DNA of 64,000 nt, taken from assembly GCA_012295275.1 (NCBI GenBank), contig CM022677.1, positions 13,206,001 to 13,270,000 on the forward strand. Reading direction: 5' to 3'. The position numbers and the translations under genes are program-made. Shown here piece after piece: positions 63,623 to 64,000 of this stretch. Within the stretch, counting starts at the first letter, position 1, and every line of letters begins with the position of its first letter. A model generated the notes under the pieces. It searched no databases, was not told the DNA's origin, and saw only the letters and a program-made list of their open reading frames with translations. Origin of the DNA: Chrysomallon squamiferum. Taxonomy: Eukaryota > Animalia > Mollusca.

Positions 63623-64000
63623 CAGTGATTCTCAACCAGTGATTTGGGGAAAAAAATAGCAATCACTGTCAACCTTTATAAGTTCCCTTTATTGCGTTTT
63701 ACCTGCATTAGAGAAGTGATCCCTATTGTGTTTACTCATCTGACAGCCCTGGACGAAAGCATCAACAATAAATTTCCGTCATTAAAGAGAGAAAAGTATG
63801 ATTGGATTAGAGATCCTTTCATAAATCATTCTTCCAACATTGAACTTGAGTTACAGGAAGAAGAAGAATTGGCCGCCCTTTCTAATGACCTTAAAATTAA
63901 AACATTCGACTCTGCCCATTGATTCATTTTGGATTTCAGTACAAGAGGTGTATCCCATATTATGTAAAAGAGTTTTAGCAATTTTATTACAATTTTCAAC
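63623..64000 (+). mobile_element. hAT (Buster/Charlie-like) transposon remnant
   Basis: cagtgattctcaacc TIR-like start; DWIRDPF...EEEELAALSND then, frameshifted, SFWISVQEVYPILCKRVLAILLQFST, typical of the hAT C-terminal dimerisation domain. Confidence 0.7.

Overview
AT-rich, microsatellite-laden animal genomic DNA (invertebrate, possibly mollusc; inference). The dominant feature is a ~24 kb head-to-tail array (~19.85-44.2 kb) of five divergent endogenous parvovirus-like genomes. Each complete unit (~5.7-5.9 kb) reads hairpin ITR - 121 aa acidic ORF - ~707 aa putative capsid - internal CRE/TATA promoter - ~725 aa NS1 (HUH endonuclease + SF3 helicase) - AT-rich tail - hairpin ITR, all on the + strand. 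The structural cassette therefore lies upstream of NS1, the reverse of the canonical parvovirus order. Hairpin apices occur in both flip and flop orientations, a conserved overprinted ORF sits in the capsid N-terminus, and lesions are complementary between units, with the outer units most decayed. Flanks carry a two-exon RING/coiled-coil/NHL-like (TRIM-like) gene, EGFR-like pseudo-exons, a LINE RNase H fragment at the left junction, a decayed Ty3/Gypsy pol, MITEs, a hAT remnant, local duplications and a 200-N gap. All protein calls are from motif recognition by eye; no searches were run.
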